A stretch of DNA of 64,000 bases from Calditrichia bacterium (GCA_965227145.1 OZ245730.1:2916646-2980645); one strand, 5' to 3'. Positions 40,914 through 51,373 are shown, counted from the first letter of the stretch. A program made the numbers and translations. The notes: generated by a model from the letters alone, not told the origin.

Positions 40914-41633
40914 ATGTTAAGAAGTATGAACAAACTGCTCGCAACCCACATCGCGGCAACGGATGGAAATATCGGGACATTGTTCGATGTTTATCTGGAC
41001 GATGTTTTTTGGAAAATCCGCTATTTTGTTGTGGATACGGGCAACTGGCTGCCCGGAAAACGGGTGCTCATCGCGCCGCAATCCATTCTGGAAATGCCGG
41101 ACAATCCGCCGAAAGTTATCCCGCTGAACCTCACCTGCCAACAGGTGGAAGACAGCCCGTCGTATAACACCGAAAAGCCGATCTCGCGGCAATACGAAAT
41201 TTCGTTGCACCAATATTATCAGTGGAGCGGATATTGGCTGCTCGGCAATCCGTACGGCATTTTGACGCCCTATCACAATATTCCCGATCCGGAAAAAGCG
41301 GCAGACGAAGAATTATCAACTGCGCCGGAACACACCAACGAACACCTGCGGAGCGGGGTGGAAATTATGCGTTATTATGTGGATGCCAGCAACGGCAATA
41401 TCGGGCATGTGGAGGATTTTTTGATCGAAGATGAGGACTGGCGCATCAATTACCTGATTCTGGACACCCGGAACTGGTGGCCGGGCGGAAAAAAAATGGC
41501 AATCGCGCAGCACTGGATCGAAAATGTGGACTGGAACAGCTCGCTGATAAAAGTGGAATTGAGCAAAGAAGTAGTGAAAAACAGCCCGGAATTTTCGTAT
41601 GAAAATGTCAACCAGAAAGAAATCAAAGTTTAA
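40914..41633 (+). CDS. PRC-barrel domain protein
   Basis: IAATDGNIG, WKIRYFVVDTGNWLPGKRVLI, IGHVEDFLIEDEDWRI motifs. Confidence 0.9.
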   Translation: MLRSMNKLLATHIAATDGNIGTLFDVYLDDVFWKIRYFVVDTGNWLPGKRVLIAPQSILEMPDNPPKVIPLNLTCQQVEDSPSYNTEKPISRQYEISLHQYYQWSGYWLLGNPYGILTPYHNIPDPEKAADEELSTAPEHTNEHLRSGVEIMRYYVDASNGNIGHVEDFLIEDEDWRINYLILDTRNWWPGGKKMAIAQHWIENVDWNSSLIKVELSKEVVKNSPEFSYENVNQKEIKV

Positions 41634-41741
41634 CGGATTGCAAACCGGCCAATCGGTAATTCCGGTTTAAGGTATGATTTTTGGGCAATATGCATTAAAT
41701 TATGCAAAACAAAAATCGAAAACCCAAAACCTGATTGATCG

Positions 41742-43091
41742 ATGAAAAAAGGTCGTTTGCTAATAATAGATGACGAACCCGAGCTGCGAAAGCTGATGAA
41801 ACGGCTGTTCCGGCTCGAACATTACGATGTGTGGGACGTTGCGACAGAGCGTGAAGGCTGTGACATTCTCGCGGATGAGGATATTCACGTCATCCTTTGC
41901 GATGTGATGCTCGGCAACGTCAACGGCATTGAGCTTCTCCCCAAATTCAAAGAAATCAACCCTTTATGCGAAGTTGTAATGATGACCGCATTTGGCTCCA
42001 TCGAAGACGGAGTGCAGGCTATCAAAACCGGCGCGTTCGATTACATCACCAAAGGCGATGACGACAACAAGGTGCTGCCCGTTGTTGAGCGGGCAATGAG
42101 CCGTGCGAAAATGGCGTACAAACTTGCCCGGCTGGAAGCGCAACTGGATCAGCGATTCGGTTTCGAAAACCTGATCGGCGAATCCCAACCGCTGCACGAT
42201 GCCATCGATATTGCCAAAAAAGTAGCCGAAACCGACACTCCGGTGCTGCTGGTTGGCGAAACCGGCACCGGAAAAGAGCTGTTTGCACAGGCGATTCATT
42301 ATTCCGGCGAGCGAGCGTCCAAACCGTTTGTTGCGGTTAATTGCAGCGCATTTGCCAAAGATTTGCTGGAATCGGAAATGTTCGGCTACAAAGCCGGCGC
42401 ATTCACCGGTGCCAACAAAAACAAAAAAGGATTGTTCGAAGAAGCGGACGAAGGCACCATTTTTCTGGATGAAATTGGTGAAATGGATGTAAAATTGCAG
42501 GCAAAACTGCTGCGCGTTTTGGAGAGCCAATCCTTTATAAAACAAGGGGATACGAAACAAACAAAAGTGGATGTCCGCATCGTCGCCGCAACCAATCTCA
42601 ATCTTGAAAAAGAGATCAGCATCGGTAATTTCAGGGATGATTTGTATTACCGCATCAGCGTGATGAAAATCCGCATTCCGCCGCTTCGCGAACGCCCCGC
42701 CGATATTCCCGCGCTCACGCGGTTTTTTGTCGATTATTTTGCCCGGAAAATGAATCGCAATATCACAGCAATCGAGCCGAAATTTTTTGAAAAATTGCAG
42801 CAATATAAATTTCCCGGTAACATTCGCGAACTGCGAAACGTGATCGAACGCTGCGTCATTCTCAACGAAGGGCAAACGCTGAAAGCATCCGGATTGCCGG
42901 CGGAATTTCACAATATGAATTTCACACCCAAAAAAACCGGCGAAACCACCGCAATTTCGCTCAGCGAAATGGAAAAACAGCACATTCAGCACGTGCTCGA
43001 AATGTGCGACGGCAACAAAACCCGCGCCGCAAAAATGCTGGGTATCGGCACTGCAACCCTCTATCGTAAAATAGACAGTTACGGCATTTAA
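41742..43091 (+). CDS. Sigma54-dependent response regulator (NtrC family)
   Basis: REC domain, GETGTGKE Walker A, GAFTGA loop, C-terminal Fis-type HTH. Confidence 0.95.
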   Translation: MKKGRLLIIDDEPELRKLMKRLFRLEHYDVWDVATEREGCDILADEDIHVILCDVMLGNVNGIELLPKFKEINPLCEVVMMTAFGSIEDGVQAIKTGAFDYITKGDDDNKVLPVVERAMSRAKMAYKLARLEAQLDQRFGFENLIGESQPLHDAIDIAKKVAETDTPVLLVGETGTGKELFAQAIHYSGERASKPFVAVNCSAFAKDLLESEMFGYKAGAFTGANKNKKGLFEEADEGTIFLDEIGEMDVKLQAKLLRVLESQSFIKQGDTKQTKVDVRIVAATNLNLEKEISIGNFRDDLYYRISVMKIRIPPLRERPADIPALTRFFVDYFARKMNRNITAIEPKFFEKLQQYKFPGNIRELRNVIERCVILNEGQTLKASGLPAEFHNMNFTPKKTGETTAISLSEMEKQHIQHVLEMCDGNKTRAAKMLGIGTATLYRKIDSYGI

Positions 43092-43115
43092 CGCTTCTCC
43101 CCTCCCCTTTTTTGA

Positions 43116-43150
43116 TCTATCAATATGAAATTCAGTTTCATTCTGATAGA
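43116..43150. promoter_or_regulatory. Second candidate enhancer palindrome
   Basis: TCTATCAATATGAAA-TTCAG-TTTCATTCTGATAGA, similar to 39763-39801. Confidence 0.55.
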
Positions 43151-43227
43151 ATTTCCAATATCCCACCGCGATTCAATTTATCCCCTAAGCTCAATATTTA
43201 CAGCAGCTTTGCCAGCTTTTTTCCCTT

Positions 43228-43244
43228 CTGGCATGTTTGTTGAA
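43228..43244 (+). promoter_or_regulatory. Predicted sigma54 (-24/-12) promoter
   Basis: CTGGCAT-GTTTG-TTGAA upstream of the GlsB/YeaQ/YmgE gene. Confidence 0.6.
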
Positions 43245-43297
43245 TTATTCTGTCGTAAGTTCAGAAAATATATCCATTTACTGAAACGGAGAAAATA

Positions 43298-43576
43298 ATG
43301 ACACTTATCGATTTTTTATTGTTACTGCTCATCGCGGGTATTTGCGGCGCCATCGGAAAAATGTTTGGCGGTTACGCTCGCGGCGGTTTTTTGTTTTCAA
43401 TCGGCGTGGGATTTTTGGGTGCCGTCATCGGTTCGTGGCTGGCACGACAGCTAACCCTGCCAAAAATATTTGTTCTGGAAGTCGGCAACTCAACTTTTCC
43501 GGTAGCCTGGGCAATTATCGGCTCAATTTTGCTGGTCGCGTTACTCGGCGCCATTTTCCGCAGCCGCCGCGTTTGA
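43298..43576 (+). CDS. GlsB/YeaQ/YmgE-family stress response membrane protein
   Basis: Small Gly-rich TM protein (GFLGAVIGSWL, AIIGSILLV). Confidence 0.85.
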   Translation: MTLIDFLLLLLIAGICGAIGKMFGGYARGGFLFSIGVGFLGAVIGSWLARQLTLPKIFVLEVGNSTFPVAWAIIGSILLVALLGAIFRSRRV

Positions 43577-43633
43577 TAATTTATGCTAAAATTGTGGCAA
43601 CCGGTTTATTCCGGTTGCCTTTTTAATTGATAA

Positions 43634-45037
43634 TTGAACAAGCAAATGATTTCGATAAAATCCAAAATGATCCGGTTTTTCGGGGCGATATTATTTTTGT
43701 TGTTGCTGATCGCAGGTTACGCTGCGTATCTGATTCACGAAATCGATCAAAAGAACGATGATATCCGACGCACCAACGAAAAAGCAGCCAAAACCATTCA
43801 GTCAATGATCCATTCGTTGAACGAACTGCAACATCAACAAATCCAATTTCTTTTTCTTTCCACCCGCGAACCCGATATTCGCCAGCATTTCGCCAACCAA
43901 TCGCGGGCATTGCGATCCCGTTTTTGGCAGGATTTTTCGGTTGCCGAACACAATCTCCGCGCTGCGAAAGATCACCAATTAATCGATCAACTCAGGATTG
44001 TGTTCCGGAATTATGGCGCCCGAACAGACAGTTTATTGATGATCACAAACGTGGACGCTACAACTGCATACCACAGGTCGCAAGAGTATTTTCAGGCGTC
44101 AAACGCTTTATTAACATCACTTTACGAAAGCGATAATTTGTTTGCCAAAAGCACTTTTTTGTCTGCACATCAATCGTTCAAACGGTTGCTGCTGATGTTT
44201 GGCGGCGTCAGTATTTTGGGCATATTTCTATCGATAATTTTTTCGGTGCATCTGCGCCGGTTGCTCATCCACCCGTTTACAGAATTGACCCACAAAATCA
44301 ACTCTTTTTCCGAACGAAATTACGATTTGCTGGCATCCGAAAAAATGCCAGCAGAGTTTCATCCGTTGATGTCCGCTTTTAACGAAATGGCGGGGCGTTT
44401 GAAAAAATATGAAAATACCACGCTGTCAAAACTATCGAGCGAAAAGCACCGACTGGAAGGATTGATCAATCATTTGCACGATGTTATCGTGTTGCTGGAT
44501 CAGGACAAACGGATTCTGACGATGAACCGCCTCGCTGAAAAGCTGTTCCAAATTCCGAAAAAACAATTGGTTGGGGAATATATTTCGGATGTGGCGATTC
44601 ACAACAACATCATGCTGGAAACGATTCGGCGATTGATTCCGGCAAAAGATCAACCGAAATCCCCGCTCCCGATGACCATCAGCATCGAAAATGCACAGGA
44701 AACGATTTCGTTTCTGCCGGAACTGATCTCGATTTATCCCGAAAACGCGAATTCAGATACGCCGGAATTGATCGGTTATCTCATTTTTCTGAAAGATATT
44801 ACGGAAATTCAACAATCGAATAATGAGAAAAAACGCTTCATTTCGTATCTTTCGCATGAAATTAAAACGCCGGTATCGTCCATCAACATCAGCACCAAAT
44901 TGCTGAACGATGCGCGACTCGGCAACCTCACAAACGAGCAGTGTGAGCTGGTTGAAACCATCGAAAAACAGTCGCAGCGACTGCTCAACCTCGCCAACGA
45001 AATCACCACATTTGAGTCGAAATTCAAATCGAATTAA
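43634..45037 (+). CDS. Sensor histidine kinase-like protein (TM-HAMP-PAS-HisKA) lacking the ATPase domain
   Basis: Two TMs, HAMP (AFNEMAGRL), PAS, H-box SHEIKTP; stops right after the dimerisation helices. Confidence 0.82.
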   Translation: MNKQMISIKSKMIRFFGAILFLLLLIAGYAAYLIHEIDQKNDDIRRTNEKAAKTIQSMIHSLNELQHQQIQFLFLSTREPDIRQHFANQSRALRSRFWQDFSVAEHNLRAAKDHQLIDQLRIVFRNYGARTDSLLMITNVDATTAYHRSQEYFQASNALLTSLYESDNLFAKSTFLSAHQSFKRLLLMFGGVSILGIFLSIIFSVHLRRLLIHPFTELTHKINSFSERNYDLLASEKMPAEFHPLMSAFNEMAGRLKKYENTTLSKLSSEKHRLEGLINHLHDVIVLLDQDKRILTMNRLAEKLFQIPKKQLVGEYISDVAIHNNIMLETIRRLIPAKDQPKSPLPMTISIENAQETISFLPELISIYPENANSDTPELIGYLIFLKDITEIQQSNNEKKRFISYLSHEIKTPVSSINISTKLLNDARLGNLTNEQCELVETIEKQSQRLLNLANEITTFESKFKSN

Positions 45038-45055
45038 CTATTGTTTTTATTTGAC

Positions 45056-46087
45056 TTATCGTTCAACACGACCTGAGCCGGAACCTTTGGCGAGCTTCTC
45101 GACTTCATCCACAGAAACGAGGTTGAAATCGCCGGGAATGGTCTGTTTGAGGCAGGATGCCGCGACCGCAAATTCCAGTGCATCTTTGCTGTTCGATTTG
45201 TTGAGCAAGCCGTAAATCAAACCGCTGGCAAAGGAATCGCCGCCGCCAACGCGATCGACAATCTGGATATCGTATCGTTTGGAGCGATAGGGCTCGCTGC
45301 AATCTTTTTCATCGAGCAGCATGGCGCTCCAACCGTTTCGCGATGCGGAAAAACTTTCCCGCAACGTGATCGCCACTGCCGAAAATCCAAATGTCGATTT
45401 CAACTCCCGGGCAACCTCAAAATATGAGGCTTCGTTCAGCTCGGCAGATTCGACATCGGTGTGTTTCGGCTTCAAACCGAGGCTTTTTTCGGCATCTTCT
45501 TCGTTGGCAATGCACACATCGACAAAGTCCATCAGCGGGCGCATGGTAGCCTGCGCCTCGGATTCGCTCCACAATTTCTGGCGAAAATTGAGATCGCAGC
45601 TCACCGTGGCACCGGCAGCTTTTGCAGCTTTGCAGGCTTCAATTACCGCGGCGCGCGGCTTTTCTCCCAACGCCGGCGTGATGCCTGTCCAGTGAAACCA
45701 TTTGGCGTCGTTAAACACTTGTTTCCAATCGACTTCGCCCGGTTCGATTTCCGCAATTGCGGCATGTGCCCGATCGTAAACAACTTTCGAAGCGCGTTGG
45801 CTGGCGCCGGTTTCCAGAAAATAAATGCCCACGCGATTGCCTTTCCGCACGATGAAATCGTCCTTCACGCCGAATCGCCGGAGGTGATTGACCGCAGCCT
45901 GCCCGATTTCGTGTTTTGGCAAACGGCTGACGAAATAGCTCTCCAACCCGTAATTGGACAGCGCCACCGCAACGTTGGCTTCGCCGCCGCCGTATGTGAC
46001 GTCAAATTGTTGTGCCTGCACAAACCGGCTGAATCCGGGCGTGGACAGCCGCAGCATAATTTCCCCGAAGGTTACCACTTTTGACAT
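45056..46087 (-). CDS. kdgK: 2-keto-3-deoxygluconate kinase (PfkB family)
   Basis: FGEIMLRLS, GGGEANVA, DRVGGGDSF motifs; hexuronate cluster context. Confidence 0.9.
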   Translation of the reverse strand: MSKVVTFGEIMLRLSTPGFSRFVQAQQFDVTYGGGEANVAVALSNYGLESYFVSRLPKHEIGQAAVNHLRRFGVKDDFIVRKGNRVGIYFLETGASQRASKVVYDRAHAAIAEIEPGEVDWKQVFNDAKWFHWTGITPALGEKPRAAVIEACKAAKAAGATVSCDLNFRQKLWSESEAQATMRPLMDFVDVCIANEEDAEKSLGLKPKHTDVESAELNEASYFEVARELKSTFGFSAVAITLRESFSASRNGWSAMLLDEKDCSEPYRSKRYDIQIVDRVGGGDSFASGLIYGLLNKSNSKDALEFAVAASCLKQTIPGDFNLVSVDEVEKLAKGSGSGRVER

Positions 46088-46142
46088 TTTTATAACTCCT
46101 GTAAAATCTTATATTTAGGCTTTATGGCATATATCATGTTTC

Positions 46143-46170
46143 AGATTCCTGCCTTCGCAGGGGTGACAAA
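46143..46170. repeat. REP-like palindromic element
   Basis: AGATTCCTGCCTTCGCAGGGGTGACAAA, related to 58648-58715. Confidence 0.55.
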
Positions 46171-46177
46171 AAAGCAG

Positions 46178-46822
46178 TTAGTCCCGCACAGCGTCGATGC
46201 TCTGTTTCAGAATTCTGGCGTTTTCCGTGAGACGGGCAAAATTGCCGCTGTCGATGGCTGTTTTGTCCAGCAATGCGCCGCCGACGCCAACAGCGCACGC
46301 TCCGGCTTTCAGCCATTCGCCTGCGTTGGTCAGCGAAACACCGCCGGTGGGCATCAGATTGAGATGTGGCATCGGCGCTTTGATCGCTTTGAAAAATGGC
46401 ATCCCAACCACATCCGCGGGAAAAACCTTGACGATATCTGCGCCAAGCTCGTGCGCAGTCAAAATTTCTGTGGGCGTGAAACAGCCGGGCATCACCGGCA
46501 AATTGTAGCGATGCGCCGTTTGCACAACCTCCGGTTTGAACACCGGACTAACCACATATTTCGCTCCAGCGTTGATCGCCAGCCGCGCCGTTTCCGAATC
46601 GAGCACCGAACCGACGCCGATGAGCACCTCTTTCGGCAGTGTCCGCGATGCTTCTTCGATCACTTTCAGCGCGTTGGGCGTGGTCATCGTAATTTCCAGC
46701 GCAAAAATACCGCCTTCCAACAGCGCTTCGGCAACGCGCATTAATTTTTGGGAATCGCTCATTCGGATGACCGCCACTGCGCCGCCATTGATGATTTTTT
46801 GAACAATTTCAAATCGGGTCAT
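46178..46822 (-). CDS. eda: KDPG/KHG aldolase
   Basis: LEITMTTP, GVGSVLD, VKVFPA, MPTGGV motifs. Confidence 0.92.
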   Translation of the reverse strand: MTRFEIVQKIINGGAVAVIRMSDSQKLMRVAEALLEGGIFALEITMTTPNALKVIEEASRTLPKEVLIGVGSVLDSETARLAINAGAKYVVSPVFKPEVVQTAHRYNLPVMPGCFTPTEILTAHELGADIVKVFPADVVGMPFFKAIKAPMPHLNLMPTGGVSLTNAGEWLKAGACAVGVGGALLDKTAIDSGNFARLTENARILKQSIDAVRD

Positions 46823-46858
46823 ATTTTCTCCAAATGCACACAAATTATTGTTTTTGCT

Positions 46859-48412
46859 TTATTTATGTTCTTCCAAAACAGTTGCCAGCGTGGCTTCGGG
46901 ACCGTCGCGAAGAATGGCATCGAGACACTTCGAAACCTGTTGGATGAACGTTTTGCCATTGTCGATATTATCCGGCCAAATGAAGCGGTTGTGGCAAATT
47001 TCGCTGACCAGCGCTTCTGTGTTCGCGATTTCGCCCGCATCGAACGCCTGCCACTGTTCCATAAAATAGCTCGCGGCGGCATCGTTGACGGGGTAGCGCG
47101 CGCCGTTGATTTCACCGAAAAAATGATTGCCGTCCTGTGTTGCCGCTTTCATAAATCGCAAATACGCAGCGTAACCGAGGCAAATCAATTTGGGAAAATC
47201 GCCGGATTTTTGGTGATATCGTGTGATCAACTGCAGCACGCGGTTGCGCATTTTCATGGTCGATTGCACAGTGATATCCAGCAGCGCATGTTTGAGATAT
47301 GGGTTGCGGAATCGCTGCAACACATCATCGATATATTTGTTGACGATTTGCGAATCCATTTCGAGACACGGGCCGATTTCCCGGCGCATCACGGTTTCCA
47401 CAAATTTGGAAATTTTTGGGTCGCTCATCATTTCGATGACATATTCGAAGCCGCTCAAATACGCTAACGGCACGCTGATGGTGTGGCTGGCGTTGAGCAA
47501 GCGCAGCTTTCGTTCGCGATAATCAGCGATATTTTCCCGCACGATAATTGAGGGATTGCTGTCGCAAAATGACAATTTTTCCTGCAAACCCGAACCTCCT
47601 TCGATGGCAAACAAACTGTAACATTCCGAGCACGTCAGCATTTCGTCGCGAAAACCCAGTTGCGCGCTGAGTTGTTCCATCCGCGCTGCGTCCGGTTTTC
47701 CCGGCACAATCCGGTCCACCAGCGTGTTGCAAAAACGGTTGGCGCCGATCACCCAATCTTTGAATCCGCCACCCAACTGCCACATATCCGCAAGTTGCAG
47801 CACAATACCGCGCAAAACGGTGCCGTTGTTTTCCAGCAATTCGCAGGGCAAAATGATCAGCCCGCGCGATTCATTGCCGCGAAAAGCGAGATATCGCCGG
47901 TACAGCACGGCGGTCAATTTTCCGGGAAATGAGGTCGGCGGATCGCGGTCGATGCGATCGGTTTCATCGAAAACAACGCCCGCTTCGGTGGTGTTGGACA
48001 CGATGATTTCCAGATCCGGGCTTTCCGCGACGCTCAGCACGCTCTGCCAATCGTCATTCGCGACAATCGCTCGGCTGATCGACGAGCAGACCGTGAACGA
48101 TTCCTGCGGCTCGCCGTTCGTCAAACCCATCGCGCAAAGCGTGTATAATCCGTCCTGATTTTCGAGAATTTCCGACCGTTTCCCGCCGGTCGATTGTGCC
48201 ACCACAATCCGTCCGTTAAAGCGGTTTTGCTGATTGGCAGTGTGAATAAAATAATCGAAAAAACCGCGCAAAAATGCGCCGGAGCCGAACTGCAAAATTT
48301 TTTCAGGCAAGTGAAATGTCGCCGGATCAGGATAACTGATTGATGTATCTAACGTATTTTTTTGGTTAAATTTATCGACAGCAAGCTGCTGATTTAACTG
48401 AGGATAGCTCAC
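46859..48412 (-). CDS. uxaB: Tagaturonate reductase (altronate oxidoreductase)
   Basis: ILQFGSGAFLRGF, SNTTEAG, SFPGKLT, NTLVDRIVPG; GTG start overlapping the uxaA stop. Confidence 0.9.
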   Translation of the reverse strand: MSYPQLNQQLAVDKFNQKNTLDTSISYPDPATFHLPEKILQFGSGAFLRGFFDYFIHTANQQNRFNGRIVVAQSTGGKRSEILENQDGLYTLCAMGLTNGEPQESFTVCSSISRAIVANDDWQSVLSVAESPDLEIIVSNTTEAGVVFDETDRIDRDPPTSFPGKLTAVLYRRYLAFRGNESRGLIILPCELLENNGTVLRGIVLQLADMWQLGGGFKDWVIGANRFCNTLVDRIVPGKPDAARMEQLSAQLGFRDEMLTCSECYSLFAIEGGSGLQEKLSFCDSNPSIIVRENIADYRERKLRLLNASHTISVPLAYLSGFEYVIEMMSDPKISKFVETVMRREIGPCLEMDSQIVNKYIDDVLQRFRNPYLKHALLDITVQSTMKMRNRVLQLITRYHQKSGDFPKLICLGYAAYLRFMKAATQDGNHFFGEINGARYPVNDAAASYFMEQWQAFDAGEIANTEALVSEICHNRFIWPDNIDNGKTFIQQVSKCLDAILRDGPEATLATVLEEHK

Positions 48413-49929
48413 AAAGTTACGCCCTCCTTCCAAATGGCGATTTCGCGATAATCGTTGATTTCATTTTTTGCCAGCCGTTTGCCGGATGCCACTTCGAGAA
48501 TGAAATTGAAAAAAGTCTGCGCCAGCGCATCGAGCGTAGTGTTACCTTCCAGCAACTCACCGGCGTTGAAATCGATCCAGTGCGGCTTTTGCTGATAAAT
48601 AGCCGAATTGGACGAAATTTTGAGTGTCGGCACGGGTGTGCCCAACGGCGTGCCGCGACCGGTGGTGAACAGCACGATTGTTGCACCGGCGGCAACTTCC
48701 GCAGTTGTGGAAACGCCATCGTTGCCCGGCGCGGTGAGCAGCGCCAAACCGCCCAATTGAGGTGTTGCGGCTTCGCCATATCCGAGCACCTGCGCGACCG
48801 GCGCGCTGCCGCCTTTTTGGGTAGCGCCCAGCGATTTGTCCTCCAGCGTGGTCAGTCCGCCCGCTTTGTTGCCCGGCGAGGGATTTTCGTAAACCGGCTG
48901 TCCGTGGCGGATAAAGTATTGTTTGAAATCGTTGATCATCGCGACAACGCGGGAAAACACCGCCTCGTTGACCGCGCGATTCATCAGCTGTTGCTCTGCG
49001 CCGAACATTTCCGGCACCTCCGTGAGCAGCGGTGTGCCGCCGAAATCGCTGAGCATATCGGCAATTTTGCCGAGCAGCGGATTGGCGGTGATGCCCGAAA
49101 AGCCATCCGAACCGCCGCATTTCAGCCCGATCACCAGATCGGACGCCGGGCATTCGCTGCGCCGGTCATTTTTTGCGATCTCGAACAAATCCGCAATGGC
49201 TTCCGCGCCGGTTTCAATTTCGTCGATCACCGATTGCGAATAAAAATAGCGCAACCGTGATGGGTCGATATCGCCGGCGAGTTTCAGCAATCCGTCCATT
49301 TGGTTGTTTTCGCAGCCGAGACCGATCACCAAAACGCCGCCGGTATTTGGGTGGCGCATCAGTCCCGCCAGAATTTTGCGGGTGTTGCCGAGATCGTCAC
49401 CCAACTGGCTGCAGCCGTAGGGATGCACAAATGTGTGCACGCCGTCGATGCCTTTCCCGGCAAAGCGCTCGTTGCAGATCCGCGCGATTTTTTCGGCGGA
49501 GCGATTGACGCAGCCGACGGTGTTGACGATCCAGATATCGTTGCGTGTGCCAACGCGCCCGTTCGCCCGGCGATAACCCCAAAAAGTGGGAATTTGCAAC
49601 GGTTTCCGTGATTCGGCTTTTTGATTTGGCTGATAACTATAATTCAATTCACCGCTCAAATCCGTTGCCAGATTGTGCGAATGCACCCACTCGCCCACCG
49701 CGATGGGCTGTGTCGCGTGTCCGATGACGTGCCCGTATTTCACGATTTTCCCGTTTTCCGGTACGTCGCGCAGCGCGATTTTGTGACCAGCGGGCAGATC
49801 CGTTTTCAGTAAAATTTGTTGGTTATCCACCGTGATTGCATGCCCTTTTTCGAGCGCTTTCACCGCGACAACCACGTTATCTGCTTTATGTATTTTTACG
49901 ATATCCAATGCAATCGTGTTGTTTGCCAT
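48409..49929 (-). CDS. uxaA: Altronate dehydratase
   Basis: SAF domain, HPYGCSQLGDD, KCGGSDGFSGITANP, ENPSPGNKAGG. Confidence 0.93.
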   Translation of the reverse strand: MANNTIALDIVKIHKADNVVVAVKALEKGHAITVDNQQILLKTDLPAGHKIALRDVPENGKIVKYGHVIGHATQPIAVGEWVHSHNLATDLSGELNYSYQPNQKAESRKPLQIPTFWGYRRANGRVGTRNDIWIVNTVGCVNRSAEKIARICNERFAGKGIDGVHTFVHPYGCSQLGDDLGNTRKILAGLMRHPNTGGVLVIGLGCENNQMDGLLKLAGDIDPSRLRYFYSQSVIDEIETGAEAIADLFEIAKNDRRSECPASDLVIGLKCGGSDGFSGITANPLLGKIADMLSDFGGTPLLTEVPEMFGAEQQLMNRAVNEAVFSRVVAMINDFKQYFIRHGQPVYENPSPGNKAGGLTTLEDKSLGATQKGGSAPVAQVLGYGEAATPQLGGLALLTAPGNDGVSTTAEVAAGATIVLFTTGRGTPLGTPVPTLKISSNSAIYQQKPHWIDFNAGELLEGNTTLDALAQTFFNFILEVASGKRLAKNEINDYREIAIWKEGVTL

Positions 49930-49960
49930 TATTTCTCCCGCCGGAAACTCCGGCAGTCAA

Positions 49961-51373
49961 TTAAAGATTATACGACGATTTGACCAAATCGTAAGTCAAC
50001 GCCCTGCTCATCGCCACAGCGTCATCCAAATCAATGATGTGCCGGGCAACCAGTCCCGCCAGAAAATTGCAATCCATTCGCCGGGCAACATCGTGCCGCG
50101 CAGGGATGGACGGAAACGCCCGCGTATCATCGTTGAAGCCGACGGTGTTGTAAATCCCCGCCGTTTCGGTGACCATTTGCCGGAAGCGAATCATCCCCTC
50201 GATGCTATCGTGAAACCACCACGGCGGACCGAGGCGCATCGCCGGATAATGTCCGGCCAATGGCGCTAACTCTCGCGAATACGTTGTTTCGTCCAATGTA
50301 AACACGATCACGCGGAACGCGGGATTATTGCCGTATGTGTTCAGCAGCGCATGCAAATTTCGGGTGTATTCGGTTTGGGTGGGAATGTCCGCGCCTTTGT
50401 CCAGCCCGTATCGGGAAAAAATTGCGGCGTTGTGATTGCGCATCGAACCAGCGTGAATTTGCATCACCAAACCGTCGTCGCAGCTCATCCAGGCCATTTC
50501 CATCAGCATGTGCGCGGTAAATGCGGTTGCATCGTTGGCTGATGCGTCGCCTGCCAGCGCGCGACTGAAAATGCGTTCGGCTTCGGTTGCGGTCAACGCC
50601 TGCGTGAACGGCGTTTCCACGCCGTGATCCGTCGCAACCGCGCCCATCGATTTGAAAAATGCCCGTTGCTTTTCCAGCGCACGGATAAAATCGCGATACG
50701 AATGGATCGCAATGCCGGAAACATCGCTGAGCGCGTTGAGATTGGCGCGCCAATCCGGTCGCCGCAAATCCGTCACGCCATCGGGGCGAAACGTCGGCAC
50801 AATCCTGCCGCGCCATCCCGATTCCCGGATTTTTTGGTGATGCGCCAGATCCGATTCCGCAGCGTCCGTCGTTGACAGCACCTCGATATTGAAGCGATCG
50901 AACAGCGCGCGCGGACGAAATTCCGGCGACTGCAATTTTTCGGCGATCTGGTCGTAAATGCGCTGCGCCGATTGGCTGTCCAACTTTTCGGAGACACCAA
51001 AAACCTCCGAAAATTCATGCGCCAGCCAAATGCCCGTCGGTGTTCCGGCATACAAATAAAAATGATCTGCGAAAATTTGCCAGATTTTCCGGTGATCGGT
51101 TTCCACCGGCGTGCCGTCGCGGGTGGGAATGCCGAGATTTTCCAGCGGGATTCCCTGCGAATAGAGCATCCGGAAAATGTAGTGATCGGGAATGAGAATC
51201 AACCCGGTTGGATCGGGAAAAGCGGCGTTTTCGCTGAACCATGCGGGTTCGGTGTGCCCGTGCGGACTGACAATCGGCAGATGTTTGATGCCCTCAAACA
51301 ATTCCCGGGCGATATCCCGAATTGCCGGATTCGCATCAAAAAAGCGATCCGGGTGTAATTTTAACGGTTTCAC
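49961..51373 (-). CDS. uxaC: Uronate isomerase
   Basis: SPHGH, DHYIFRM, WWFHDS, GFNDDTRAF motifs. Confidence 0.95.
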   Translation of the reverse strand: MKPLKLHPDRFFDANPAIRDIARELFEGIKHLPIVSPHGHTEPAWFSENAAFPDPTGLILIPDHYIFRMLYSQGIPLENLGIPTRDGTPVETDHRKIWQIFADHFYLYAGTPTGIWLAHEFSEVFGVSEKLDSQSAQRIYDQIAEKLQSPEFRPRALFDRFNIEVLSTTDAAESDLAHHQKIRESGWRGRIVPTFRPDGVTDLRRPDWRANLNALSDVSGIAIHSYRDFIRALEKQRAFFKSMGAVATDHGVETPFTQALTATEAERIFSRALAGDASANDATAFTAHMLMEMAWMSCDDGLVMQIHAGSMRNHNAAIFSRYGLDKGADIPTQTEYTRNLHALLNTYGNNPAFRVIVFTLDETTYSRELAPLAGHYPAMRLGPPWWFHDSIEGMIRFRQMVTETAGIYNTVGFNDDTRAFPSIPARHDVARRMDCNFLAGLVARHIIDLDDAVAMSRALTYDLVKSSYNL

